This document shows positions 13,401-26,099 of a stretch of 64,000 bases of DNA, in pieces (the stretch's first letter is position 1; every line of letters starts with the position of its first letter). This stretch comes from Heterodontus francisci (lineage: Eukaryota): the NCBI RefSeq assembly GCF_036365525.1, contig NC_090380.1:115405942-115469941 (forward strand), in the 5' to 3' direction. The notes below the pieces were generated by a model. The model was not told the origin of the DNA, made no database searches, and saw only the letters and a program-made list of their open reading frames with translations. The position numbers and the translations under genes are program-made.

Positions 13401-15830
13401 ATTTGATAAGGTCCCCCATGGTAGACTTATGGAGAAAGTCAGGAGGCATGGGATAGTGGGGAATGTGGCCAGTTGGATTAAGAATTGGCTAACTGATAGA
13501 AGGCAGAGAGTGGTCTTAGATGGTAAATACTCAGCCTGGAGCCCAGTTACCAGTGGCGTGCCGCAGGGATCAGTTCTGGGTCCTCTCCTGTTTGTGATTT
13601 TTATTAACGACTTGGATGAGGAAGTCGAAGGGTGGGTCAGTAAATTTGCAGATGATACAAAGGTTGGTGGAGTTGTGGATACCGAGGAGGGCTATTGTCG
13701 TCTGCAAAGGGACTTGGATAGGTTGCAGTGCTGGGCTGAAAAGTGGCAGATGGAGTTTAACCCTGAAAAGTGTGAGGTCGTCCATTTTGGAAGGACAAAC
13801 ATGAATGCAAAATACTGGGTTAACGGTAGGGTTCTTGGGCATGTGGAGGAGCAGAGAGACCTTGGGGTCTATGTGCATAGATCATTGAAAGTTGCAACTC
13901 AAGTGGATAGGGCTGTGAAGAAGGCATATGGGGTGTTAGCGTTCATTAGCAGAGGGATTGAATTTAAGAGCCGTGAGGTGATGATGCAGCTGTACAGGAC
14001 CTTGGTAAGGCCTCATTTGGAGTACTGTGTGCAGTTCTGGTCGCCTCATTTTAGGAAGGATGTGGAAGCCTTGGAGAGGGTGCAGAGGAGATTTACCAGG
14101 ATGTTGCCTGGAATGGAGAATAAGTCTTACGAGGAAAGGCTGAACATTCTAGGCCTCTTCTCATTAGAAAGGAGAAGGATGAGGGGTGACATGATAGAGG
14201 TTTATAAGATGATCGGGGAATAGATAGGGTAGACAGTCAGAAACTTTTTCCCCGGGTGGAGCAAAGCGTTACAAGGGGTCATAAATTTAAGGTGAAGGGT
14301 GGGAGATATAAGGGGGATGTCAGGGGAAGGTTCTTTACCCAGAGAGTGGTCGAGGCATGGAATGCCTTGCCCGGGGAAGTTGTTGAGTCAGAAACTTTAG
14401 GGACTTTCAAAAGGCTTTTGGATAGGTATATGGATAAAGGAGAATGATGGGGTATAGATTAAATTGTCCTTGACAGAGGACAAAGGATCGGCACAACATT
14501 GTGGGCCGAAGGGCCTGTTCTGTGCTGTATGTTCTATGTTCTATGTTCTATGTTCTTAATCAATCCCTTGGTCCTCCTTTGCTGAATTCTAAACTGCTCC
14601 CAATCGTCAGGTCTGATGTTTTTTTCTGACAGATTTATATGCCTCTTCCTTGGATCTAATGCTTTCTCTAATTTCCCTTGTAAGCCATGGTTTGGCTACC
14701 TTCCCCATTTTACTTTTACGCCAGACAGGGATAAACAATTGTTGCAGTTCATCCATGCGCTCTTTAAATGTTTGCCATTGCCTATCCACCGTCATCCCTT
14801 TAAGTACTGTCTTTTGTTCTTGTCTTTGATCCCCCCTCTTCTGACTCCTTGCAAAGGTTCCCATCCCCCTGCCATTTTAGTTTAAACCCTCCCCAACCAT
14901 TCCAGCAAATACTACCCCTAGGACATCAGCCCCGGTCCTGCCCAGGTGTAACCCATCCAGTTTGTATTGGTCCCACCTCCCCAGAACCGGTCCCAATGTC
15001 CCAGGAATCTAAAACTCTCCCCCTCACACCATCTCTTCAGCCACGTAATCATCCGATATATCCTGCTATTTCTACTCTGACTAGCACATGGTACTGGTAG
15101 TAATCTGAGATCACTACCTTTGAGGTCCTACTTTTCAACTTACTTCCTAACTCCCTATATTCTGCTTTTAGGACCTCATTTTTTTTTACCTGTGTCGTTT
15201 GTACCAATGTGTACCACGACCACTGGCTGTTCACCCTCCCCCTTCAGAATGTCCTGTAACCGCTCTGAGACATCCTTGACCCAAGCACCAGGGAGGCGAC
15301 ATACCATCCTGAGTCTCGTTTGTGGCCACAGAAACTCCTATCTATTCTCCTTACAATTGAATCCCCGATAACTATTGCATTCCCACACTGTTTACTTCTC
15401 CCCTATGCAGCGGAGCCAACAGTGGTTCAATGAATTGGGCTGTTGCTGTTTTCCCCTGAGAGGCCATTCCCCCCAACAGTATCCAAAGCAGTATATCTGT
15501 TTTGCAAGGGAATAGCCACAGGAGGTTCCTGAACTGCCTGCCTCGTCCTCTTGGTCTGCCTGGTGGTCACTCATTTCCTTCCTGCCTGTGGAGTCTGAGC
15601 CTACAGTGTGACCACCTCTCTATACGTGCTATCCACGATACTCTGCGCCTCGTGGATGCTCCACAGTGTCCCTAGCCTCCGCTCCAGCTCCGAAACCCGG
15701 GCTTCCAGGAACTGTAGCTGGAGACACTTCCTGCACACATGCCGGTCCCGGGCACTGGAAATGTTCCCGGCTTCCGACATGGAGCACGAGGAGCACACCA
15801 CGGCTTTGAGCTCTCCTGCCATGACTTAAC
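10420..15830 (-). mobile_element. Near full-length degenerate CR1 LINE (ORF1 zinc finger/esterase at ~14850-15822, ORF2 RT at 10640-12315), split by a younger CR1
   Basis: MAGELKAVVCSSC...CRKC ORF1 start; KADKSPGPDG, ISKFADGTKL, HLEYCVQFW. Confidence 0.9.
12316..14556 (+). mobile_element. Young 5'-truncated CR1 LINE with a long uninterrupted ORF2 RT segment
   Basis: Open frame to 14223 incl. [34 protein letters not shown]; (CTATGTT)n tail at 14527-14556. Confidence 0.95.
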
Positions 15831-15989
15831 CCTTTAACTTAACCTTTTGGAAGATCTTAATGTCAAATAATATCAGTTACTCTCGGGCCCTTCTTCCCTG
15901 GTCCTCGTTACTTCAGAACTCCCTGAAAAAAAACATTACCTACTATATAGGAAGTGTCATCTTATCACAGCAATGCTATTTTACCAGCG

Positions 15990-16520
15990 GCAAGGGAATC
16001 GAAGGGTCTGTTCCTGCTTCTTCTGGCATTTTGGCCCTCTGCCCTATGAGGAAAGGCCTGATAAATGCTGGTGGGCTCCTTGTGGGTTCATTAAGGGACT
16101 ACTCCTCCTCAGACGCTCTGTGGCCCATGGAGGGGCCCCCAGCCTCTCCCTGTGTCAACCATGGAGGGGCTCCCCACCCCTCCCTCCCCACAAATCCTCA
16201 CCAACACCCCCATGCCGGGGCCTGCCTGACTGGTCACGCCACTCCAAGACCCCCACTTACCCGTTTGGGAGAGCGGCCAGGTCCCACGTCGTCCTTTCTT
16301 CCAGGCGCAGTCCCAGCAATGGCCACTGCTCCCGAGGCAGTGCTGAGCTGCTAGCTCTCCGATTGACTGGCAGCTCCTCGGAGGCAGGGGGACGCGAGCC
16401 CCGACGGCAACTTATTAATTGCCAGACAGCCAGAAACTGCGGACTGGGGTCCCACAAACAGCTCAAGCGTTTGCCCCCAGCTTTCGAGCCCATTGTCAGG
16501 CCCCTGCAAAGCTGATAAAA
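15990..16520. mobile_element. GC-rich MITE-like repeat copy (partial)
   Basis: Shares motifs (GCCACTGCTCC...CTGAGCTGC, TTAATTGCC) with the 7475-8242 family. Confidence 0.5.
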
Positions 16521-16914
16521 TTTGGCTACTATCACTCATTTTGTACCATGGTATCATCAAAATTAATCCCTTAGCGTCTCACAGCACAGAAGGAGTCTAT
16601 TCAGCCCATTGTACCTATGGCAGCTCTTTAAAAGATCTATCCAATTATTCACACCCACCTGAGCTCTTTACCCATCGCTCTGGAAGTATTTTCCTTTCTC
16701 ATTCCCTTTTGAAAGTACCTACTGTATCTATTTCTACCACCCTTTCAGGCAGTACGTTCTGGATCAAGACACCATGCTGTGAAAAAAACACATTTACCCT
16801 CTTATTCTTTTGCCAATGATATTAAATCTGGTCGCCGACCTTCCTGCTTACGGATACAGGTTCTCCTCATTTACCCTTCATGTATAAAAGGTTCTTTCAC
16901 TTTACGCCATGTTC

Positions 16915-18730
16915 TTAGAGTCATAGAGTTATACAGCACAGAAACAGGCCCTTCGGCCCATCGTGTCTGTGTCAGCCATCAAGCACCTATCTATTCTAAT
17001 CCCATTTTCCTGCACTTGGCCTGTAGCCTTGTATGCTATGGCATTTCAAGTGCTCATCTAAATGCTTCTTAAATGTTGTGAGGGTTCCTGCCTCTACCAC
17101 CTCTTCAGGCAGTGCGTTCCAGATTCCAACCACCCTCTGGGTGAAAACATTTTTCCTCAAATCCCCTCTAAACCTCCTGCCCCTTATCCTAAATCTATAC
17201 CCCCTGGTTATTGACCCCTCCGCGAAGGGAAAACGTTTCTTCCTATCTATCCTATCAATGCCGCTCATAATTTTGTATATCTCAATCATGTCCCCCCTCA
17301 GCCTTCTCTGCTCTAAGGAAAACAACCCTAGCCTATCCAGTCTCTCTTCATAGCTGAAATGCTCCAGCCCAGGCAACATCCTGGTGAACCTCCTCTGCAC
17401 CCTCTCCAGTGCAATCACATCCTTCCTATAGTGTGGTGCCCAGAACTGTACACAGTACTCCAGCTGTGGCCTAACTAGCATTTTATACAGATCCATCATC
17501 ACCTCCCTGTTATATTCTATGCCTCAGCTAATAAAGGCAAGAATCCCATATGCCTTCCTTTGCTACCTCTCCTGCTGCCTTCAGTGATCTTTGGACAAGT
17601 ACACCAAGGTCCCTCTGACCCTCTGTACTTCCTAGTATCCTACCATCCATTGTATATTCCCTTGCCTTGTTAGTCCTCCCAAAATGCATCACCTCACACT
17701 TCTCAGGATTAAATTCCATTTGCCACTGCTCTGCCCATCTTACCTGCCCATCTATTTCAAAAGCTTTCCTCCTCACTATTTACGACACCACCAATTTTCG
17801 TGTCATCTGCGAACTTACTGATCATACCTCCTATATTCGCATCTAAATCATTAATGCACACTACAAACAGCAAGGGTCCCAGCACCAGTCCCTGTGGTAC
17901 ACCACTGGTCACAGGCTTCCACTCACAAAAACAACCCTCGACCATCATCCTCTGCCTCCTGCCACTAAGCCAATTTTGGATCCAATTTGCCAAATTGCCC
18001 TGGATCCCATGGGCTCTTACCTTCTTAACCAATCTCCCATGCTGGACCTTATCAAAAGCCTTACTGAAGTCCATGTAGACTACATCGACTGCTTTACCCT
18101 CAACTGCACATCTAGTCACTGCCTCGAAAAACTCAATCAAGTTAGTTAGATACGATCTCCCCCTGACAAAGCCATGCGGACTATCCCTGATTAATCTCTG
18201 CCTCTCCAAGTGGAGATTAATCCTGTCCCTCATAATCTTTTCCAATAGTTTCCCTACCACTGATGTTAGACTCACTGGCCTGTAATTACCTGGTTTATCC
18301 CTGCTACCCTTCTTGAATAATGGTACCACATTCGCTGTCCTCCAGTCCTCTGGTACCTCTGCTCTGGCCAGAGAGGATGTGAAAATTTGTGTCAGAGCCC
18401 CTGCTATCACATCCTTTGCCTCACATGACAGACTGGGAATGCATCAGATACATCTGATCTGGGCCAGGGAATTTATCCACTTTCAAGCCCGCTAAAACAG
18501 TTAATACTTCCTCCCTTTCAATGCTAATTTTTTCAAGTATATCGCAATCCCCCTCCCTGATCTCTACACTTACATCATCCTTCTCCACAGTGAACACAGA
18601 TGAAAAGTCATCATTTAAGACCTCACCCAAGTCCTCCGGCTCCACACACAGATTACCACTTTGTTCCCAAAGGGCGCTACTCTTTCCCTGTCTGTCCTCT
18701 TGCCTTTAATATACTGATAAAACTCCTTGG
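16915..18730 (-). mobile_element. CR1 LINE, 5'-truncated, degenerate
   Basis: ISKFADDTKIGG, QLEYCVQFWAP, NVFTQRVVGIWN. Confidence 0.9.
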
Positions 18731-20475
18731 GCGTGTATCCCGAGCCTTTGTCAATTTGCCAACCAGTGGAACCTATTGTTCTCTTGAAAAACCTTTCGGA
18801 ATTTTGAAGAACTTTGAAAATGTGACCTGCAGAGATCTGAATTCTAATTCCATATGCATTTAACACACTCGTGTTGTGTTAGAAGAACCTAAGTTCTGGA
18901 ATTCGCGCTCTGAACCTCTCCGCCTCTCTACCTCTCTTTCCTCCTTTAAGACGCTCCTTAAAACCTATCTATTGACCAAGCTATTCGTCACCTGCTATAA
19001 TATTGCATTCGGTGGCTTGGTGTCAAATCCATAGCACTCCTGTGAAGTGCCAGTTGTGTTAAAGGTGATATATAAATGCAAGTTCTGCTTATTTAACCCT
19101 TTACCTGAAACAGGCAAAATAGCAGCAGACAGTATTTCCTTTGGAATAGGTAATGTGACACTGCGGGAGCATACAGTAAAAGTGGTGGTTTTTATTTTAA
19201 AGGGGAAAATAGCATGGCTTTTATTGGTGTATGAATTTGCATTCCGAGCACAGAGCTTTAAGTGATGAGTGCTGTTATCAGGAAATTGGGTGTCGGAGGT
19301 CAGCAAACCCTGAATGATTTTCTGCCTGAAAATTAATGGGTAAAAAATTGTGAGGGATGCACTAACATCTGTGCCTGAATTCCTGATGTGTATCCCGTCA
19401 TGTGAGGCTCCGAACTGGAATTGCTAATTTATAAAATCTGTCCCAATGTGCTTTAATAACTGCGAAATCAATCAAGTGGCAGACTGCGAGAACTGCCCAT
19501 ATTCAGCCTCTAAAAAGAAAACCCCTGTGATGAAGGGTGGAAACTGGGACATGGAAACAAATCGATGGTATGATGCTTGGCTCCTGCTGAAGAGAGTGGC
19601 CAGTCTGCGTTAAATTAGATGAGCAGGAGCTCGTTCCCACACTAGAGGTTCAGCAGCAACATCAGATGGGATGCAGGCCTCGGGAGGGAAGCAGGGTGCA
19701 AGTGTGGGAGAGAGTGACAGCACGAGCTGGGAGCAGTGGGAGGTTCCAGTGTGGTGAGAGCAAATGACAGTCCCAGTATGATCTGGCGGCAATGGAAAAG
19801 AGAGTCCCAGCACAGATTTGCCGTAATAGGGATACATATTTTCAGAACAGCAGGAGTCCCAATGTGGACTACCATTCTGGGACGTTTTACAGGCGCTATA
19901 TAAATGCAAGTTCTTGTTTTTGATGATGCAGCATGAATTGGGGGCGGGTGGGGAAAAAAATTGCACTGTGGCATCTGGATAAATAATTTTGAAACAACTA
20001 AACAATCTGAGTTAAGGATCCACATTTGCCCACAATTTCTTCTTGAAAAATGATGGGAAACATCCCTTCATTTTTTTTGTATAATCTTCCGCTGTACAGA
20101 TGATAGAACATTGGGCACAACTCTCAGCGTAACACACCTGCCACTGCACTTTTATAACCACTTGTCGCAGATCAATATTGAGGGCTGTTTTGAACCTGTT
20201 GGCCAGCTTTTGATGGTTGTCTAGGACGGTGTGTTAGGGAATATAGATCTGGGTACAGGGTGGGAACCTGTGACTAGGACTACTGCTCAGCTGGGGCATA
20301 AAAACTAGCATGGACAGGTTGGGCTGAATGGCCTCTTTCCATGCTGTTATTTCTCTGTAATTCTATACATGCATAAAATGTTAACATTCAGTCCAGGGCT
20401 ATTGTACCCCATGAGACTCCTCCATTCAGCTTCTATATCTGGTCGTATCATGAACCTAGCAATTAAGTACTTACT

Positions 20476-20590
20476 GCAGAGAGACTCCTCCCCTGGGCCG
20501 GTGATGACAGGTGAGAGAAGGTTAGGCCGCAGGGTTCTGGGTAAAGCTATTCCCCAACCTACAGACTCCGAGCCGGTTTCAGTAACAAAC
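20476..20590 (+). promoter_or_regulatory. Cassette 1 promoter-like block
   Basis: TCCCCTGGG, CAGGTG, TATTCCCC, CAGTAACAAAC. Confidence 0.55.
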
Positions 20591-20729
20591 ACACTCGCAC
20601 AAACAAGCCAGCATCACAGACAGCAAACAGAACCTCTCTCTCAGGCAGGAACCTGCGACCATCAAAATCTCTTGCTGTCGATTCAGATCTTTTAGAGGGC
20701 GTTTCCATAGCAACACAAAGTGAGGAGCC

Positions 20730-20898
20730 ATGTGGCGGTACAGGGAAGTGTTTCGCACCTACTTCGAGGTGCAGATGTGCTGTGAAATGTTCAAGGTCGC
20801 TCCCCTGGTGCCCGTGAAGCGTCCGGTGCTGAAGCTGAGAGACAGAACGTCTAATTTTGGACCAACAGTCAGCACCGTGTCTCCTTTCAATCATGCAG
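20730..20898 (+). CDS. Variable first exon 1 (MWRYREVFRTYFEVQMCCEMFKVAP...PFNHA-G)
   Basis: GAGCCATG start, VQMCCxxF motif, phase-1 donor AG|GTAAC. Confidence 0.7.
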
Positions 20899-21369
20899 GT
20901 AACTCTTTGTCTCGTGCTCCTGCCTTCCTGTGGTGTAGATGATAGCTGTCCCGTCCAGTCTCCTCTAGCCCTTTTCATTCTTGTCTGTTCACGTTGATGG
21001 GGAAGATTTCACAAAGGGCCTGTGATGATGCCTAACACAAGTCAGCTAATTTTAGTGTCAGGAAGTCACCAAAGAGAGACACAGAGCAGAGCCTGATTAT
21101 TTGTCTCCATCCAGCCTCCATACACGTGCACTGTCAGCAGAGGTCACTGGATGACAATCGGAAGCGGAAACCTTTCGATCTTTTCTCCTTACCTTGCCAG
21201 CACAGCAGGTTCACGTCCAATGTTATTGCCCTGACTCAGATCAGTGAACCCTGGGACCAGACATCGATTCAAAGACCTTTAATACATAGAGTGCTGTTCA
21301 CGACCTCAGGACATCCCAAAGCGCTTTGCAGCCAATGAAGTACTCTTGAAGTGTGGCCAGTGATGTCAT

Positions 21370-21460
21370 GTCGACACTGACCCAGGGGAGCTTCACCTCA
21401 CAGACCGGGTGCCTCTGTACAGTAAACCTATAAAGATTAGCGGAGACAATCGGCTAAACA
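21370..21460 (-). repeat. Inverted, patchwork copy of the cassette 2 promoter/upstream region inserted in a SINE
   Basis: Reverse complement matches 22381-22514 with internal deletions. Confidence 0.8.
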
Positions 21461-22470
21461 TCCCACAATCAGCAATGTGATAAATGACCAATTAAACTGC
21501 TTTAATGATGTTGGTTGAGGCATAAATATTTGCCCTGGGCCATCGGGAATAACTCCCCTGCTCTTCTTTGAATAACGCTGCAGGATCTTTTACATCCAGC
21601 TGAGAGGGCAGACGAGGCCTTGGTTTAACATCTCATCCGAAAGACAGCACCTCTGACAGCACCGTAGTGGGTATAAAATGATGAGGGACCGAGACAGAGT
21701 GGATAGGAAAGGCCTATTTCCTTTAGCAGTGAGATCAATAACCAGGGAACTTAGATTTAAAGTAATTGGTGAAAGGATTGGGGTAAGTTGAGGAGAAACC
21801 TTTGCACCCTGATGCTGGCGGGGGTCTGGAATTCACTGCCTGAAAGGGTGATAGAGGCAGAATCACTCACCACATTTAAAAAGTACTTGGATATCACTTG
21901 AAGATCCCTAACCTGCAGTGTTACAGACCAGAACTGGAAAGTGGGATTAGACTGGAGCTCTTTTTCAGCTGGCACGCACGCGGTGGGCCGAATGGCCTCC
22001 TTCAGTGCCATATATTTTCTATGTTTCAGTGAACCTTTTGGATTTTTATGATAATGCGATAGCTTCATGGGCACTTTTACTGATCATGGCTTTTCATTTC
22101 TAAATTTTTTAAGCTGAATTCAAACTTTCATGGTGGGATTCTGGACTCATGTTGATGACTATTCCAGGTCTCTGGGCTACTGGTACAGTAACATAACTAC
22201 ACTGCATTGGATTCAATGGGGAAGCAAGGTTATTCCTTCTTTCTCATACTTTTAAAGTCTTTACATATTTATTTGTTAACACTGGTATCCTTCAAATAAT
22301 TAAACAATTCCATTGGTGAATCTCATCCTTTGGAGACCTGTCCAAGTAGGCCAAACTTGAGCCTGCTAGAATTTAATTGATGTTTAGCACAGATGTTGTT
22401 CATGCCGATTCTCTCCGCTATTTCCAATCTTTATAGGTTCACAGATTCAATTAAAGGTTTACTGTACAGA

Positions 22471-22600
22471 GGCACCTGGTCTGTGAGGTGAAGCTCCCCT
22501 GGGTCAGTGTCGACAGGTGAGAGAAGGATAGGGAGTGGCAGGAGAGGTTCTGGGTAACGATATTCCCCAGCCAGTCCCAGTTTAGTAAATAGGAACAAAC
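22471..22600 (+). promoter_or_regulatory. Cassette 2 promoter-like block (consensus type)
   Basis: GGCACCTGGTCTGTGAGGTGAAGCTCCCCTGGGTCAGTGTCGACAGGTGAGAGAAGG...TATTCCCCAG...GTAAATAGGAACAAAC. Confidence 0.65.
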
Positions 22601-22773
22601 TCTCTCACCCACACAAGACAGTGTCACAGAGAGTGGCAGAGAATCTCACTGAGAGCGACAGGCAGAGTTCAAACAGTTTGGCTGTGTATCTGAGCCAGAC
22701 GTTTGGAAATCTCTCGCTGTTGTTTGGAAGGACCACTGGGAGAATTTCTACATCAAGGCAAATGAAAGCAGCC

Positions 22774-22948
22774 ATGTTTATGTTTATGTCCATGGGTGTG
22801 ATTCGAACAATGTGGCAGGTGCATTTATGCTGCAAAGAATTCAGTGCCACTCCGTTGATTCCTGATGATCAAGTTGTGGTGAAGCGCAGAGACAGACTGT
22901 CTAATTCTGTGCCCACAGTCAGCACTGTGCCTCTCTTTGATAATGCAG
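22774..22948 (+). CDS. Variable first exon 2 (MFMFMSMGVIRTMWQVHLCCKEFSATP...PLFDNA-G)
   Basis: GCAGCCATG (in-frame ATG also at 22762), CC motif, donor AG|GTAAGT. Confidence 0.75.
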
Positions 22949-24719
22949 GTAAGTGTTGTGTTCTACTCGTGTCTTTCTGTGATGTAGCTGACAGCTGTGC
23001 TGCTGTACTCTGATCTCCACCTGCTTTCCTCAGCTGCCAGTCTTTCCTGACATCAGGAAATGCTTGCTGCCCTTCACTGCCTCCTGGTTTGGCAAGGCCT
23101 CGAGTTTACAATTCTCATCCTTGTTTTCAAATCCTTCCAGGGCCTCGTCTCTCCCTATCCCTGTAATCTCCAGCCCTACTACCTTCTGAGATATCTGCTG
23201 CTCCAATTCTCGCCTCTTGCATGTCCCCAATTTTAATCACTCCACCATTGGCGGCCGTGCCTTCAGCTGCCTGGGCCCTAAGCTCTGGAATTCCCTCCCT
23301 AAACCTCTCTGCCTCTCCATCTCCCTCTCCTCTTTTAAGATGCTGCTTAAAACCTAACTCTTTGACCAAGTTTTTGGTCACGTCCTAATATCTCTTTTAT
23401 GGCTCGGTGTCACATTTTGTTTGATAACACTCCTGTGAAGGGCCTTGGGACGTTTTACGACATTAAAGGTGCTATATAAATGCAAGTAGGTTTTGTTGTT
23501 CGAGTGGATATTCTTAGTGTTGAACTTAGAAGCAAAATACTTCAGATGCTGAAAATATGAAATAAGAAGAGAAACTGCTGGAAACACACAGCAGGTCAAG
23601 GCAGCATCTGTGGAAAGTGAAACAGAGTTAGTGTTTCAGGTCGTTGGCCTTTCGTCAGAACTGTAACAGTCTTGTTGAATGGTTGGGGAGTGTCACAGGT
23701 CTCACACGGTGTCTTTAAACTAAGCACCTTGATGGAATTATCCCCCTTATCCCCTCTCTAGCCTAGATACTAGGGTCATAGAGTCATATTCGATACAGAA
23801 GAAGGCTATTCAGCCCATCAAGTCCATGCCGGCTCTCCACGGAGCTGTGCAGTCTGTCCCACTCCCCGGCTCGATCCCCATAGCCCTGCAAATCTATTTC
23901 TCTCAGGTGACCATCCAACTTCCTCTTGAAGTCATTGATCGTCTCCTCTTCTGCAACCCTTGTGGGCAGCGAGTTCCAGGTCATTACCACCCGCTGGGTT
24001 AAAAAAAAGTGCTTCCTCAGATTCCCCCTGCGTCTTTTGCCCCAAACATTCAATCTGGGTCCCCTCGTCCTTGTACCATTTGTTAACGGGAACTGTATTT
24101 CCTTGTGTAACTTATCGAAGTCAACTCTCCAGAATTTTCAGGACATAGAGGCAAGTTAAGCCAGGAGAAGCATTATTTTGGGTATTGAAAAATTGTGTTG
24201 TAAAAGAAGACTTCTTTAAGCACTTTTGTTTAATGGTTAGACAAATCTTGGAAATGGGCAAAACGGCTGTTTGACCAGACAGAAAGGATATTTGATGAAA
24301 TACATCCAACCAGAGCTGGTGATCTTACAGGTGGTGCAGTCCCACAGCGAATGTGAGGTGTATCTGGATTGAAGCCTTTGCTTTCAGTGGAAGAATAGTG
24401 ATTTCAATGGAGAGAGTGAAAGTACAGATTTTTTTCAAAATATAGGATATGGGAATTCTGTGCATTCAATAGGTTCAACGTGAATGAGACTGTAACGTGA
24501 CACAGTCGCATTAGGAGTGTTGAGAATGGCAACACCATTGGTCTCATTCTGCAGCTGATATTTGATAGATGTCTCTACTAGTGAGAGCTCCCTGGTCTGT
24601 GAAGGAAGGATTCTCTGTGATATTGATAGCAGATGAAGGAAGAAAAGAAAGGACAGGATGAAAAATATGTTATCTTTATTGAGCAAGCCTGATTGTGCCA
24701 TGTGCATACACACTCAAAT

Positions 24720-25484
24720 GGCTGAATTTAATGAGCTCCCCCCCACCCCCTGCCGGTCCTAGAGACAGGCTAGAGGGTAGGGGTCCCATTGCATTGCGAT
24801 GGGAGCTGGAGGGCCCATCGCCTTCTTGTCACACCGGAATTTAGTCAGGGGCAGGATAGGCCAAAGATGACCTCCCCACCCAGAGGCTAATTGAGCCAAA
24901 GAGGCCTATTATCGGTCATTTAACAGCCTCTTCCTGCTGCTGCTGGAATTACGTCAGTGGTGGGGGGGAGGGGGGCGGCTTCCGCCACGTGGAGATGTAG
25001 CCCAGTAGAACGAGGCAACCTCCCTGCACTCCCTGCAGGCTATGGGGGGGGGGCCTTCTCTGTGGGCAATCTGTGGCCGAGGGAGGGCCCCCACCACCCA
25101 TCAACCCACCTCCCTGAACCACCCCCCCCCCCCCCACCCCCACAGCACTCAATGCTCACCCTCCCTCCCATACTGCCAGGATCTGCCGACCTGGCCCTGG
25201 CAACACCACCTCACTTACCTTGGATCCGGGACTCTTGTAGTACCAGCAGTGGTCACCATTCCCAGTGGCACTGCTGGTGGTAGTGAGCTGCCCTCCCTGT
25301 GATGGGCCGGCAGTTGTTGGAGGCGGAATCCCATCTTTCAAGGGATGGGGATCCTAGCAGCGGGCTGCTAATTGGCCTGGCACCATTAAATAGAGGCGGG
25401 GTCGGGGGTGCGGTGAGGGTGGCCTCCGAATGGCCAAGGTGGGTTTCCCATTGTCTTTTCGGCCTGGCTCCACTAAATCCTGCC
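24720..25484. mobile_element. GC-rich MITE-like element
   Basis: GGCTGAATTT...AAATCCTGCC imperfect terminal inverted repeats. Confidence 0.55.
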
Positions 25485-25589
25485 CTCAAACACACGCTCA
25501 AACACAAAAGCACAAACATACACTCAAAGACAAAGTAACGAAGTAAGTAACTAAAAGTAAAGGGAAAGGTCGACAGTTTTTAAAAAAAT

Positions 25590-26060
25590 ATAGAGTCATA
25601 AAGTCGTACAGCATAGAAACAGGCCCTTCGGCCCACCGCGTCCACGCCTACCATAATGCCTATCCATACTAATCCCACCTGCCTGCATTAATTCCATATC
25701 CCTCTATGCCTTGCTCATTCAAGTACCTGTCCAGATGCCTCTTAAATGTTGCTACTGTTCCTGCCTCCACCACCTCCTCTGGCAGCTCATTCCATATACC
25801 CACTATTCTTTGTGTGAAAAATTTACCCCTTTGATCCCCTTTAAACCTCCTCCCTCTCATCTTAAATTTATGCCCTCTCGTTTTAGTCACCCCTGCCATG
25901 GGAAACAGACTCTGGCTATCTACCCTATCTATGCCTCTCATAATTGTATATACCTCTATCATGGTTGGTGGCCTATAGACAACAGCAAGCAACGTAATTG
26001 CCCCTTTTTTGTTCCTTAGCTCTAGCCAAGTAGATTCTGTCCTTGACCCCACAGATATCC
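25590..26060 (-). mobile_element. CR1 fragments (3' end plus endonuclease piece)
   Basis: GKFFTQRIVGIWN; WLELRNKKG...VYRPP. Confidence 0.8.
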
Positions 26061-26099
26061 TCTCTCGCAAGCTCCGTAATGAAACCAAGGACCCTAGTG

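Noticed and set aside
12214-14223. 669-aa ORF as a host gene
   Set aside because: CR1 ORF2 RT; its N-terminal ~34 codons are antisense sequence of the host LINE
19551-19860. Purine-rich unique-looking stretch as a possible exon
   Set aside because: No convincing ORF, splice sites or homology visible
22470-22516. 47-nt block bounded by AG and GTGAGA as a coding exon
   Set aside because: Acceptor not conserved, donor degrades to GTGTGA/GTGGCA/GTGTCA in other copies and indels break frame; better explained as CAGGT[G/A] motif, though a non-coding exon is not excluded
22774-23013. Assignment of the peptides to G-gamma, RGS, CDC42SE, IFITM or ABHD17 families
   Set aside because: Only superficial CC or C-terminal similarity; diagnostic motifs (DPLL/NPF, CRIB, CD225) are absent, so no gene symbol is given
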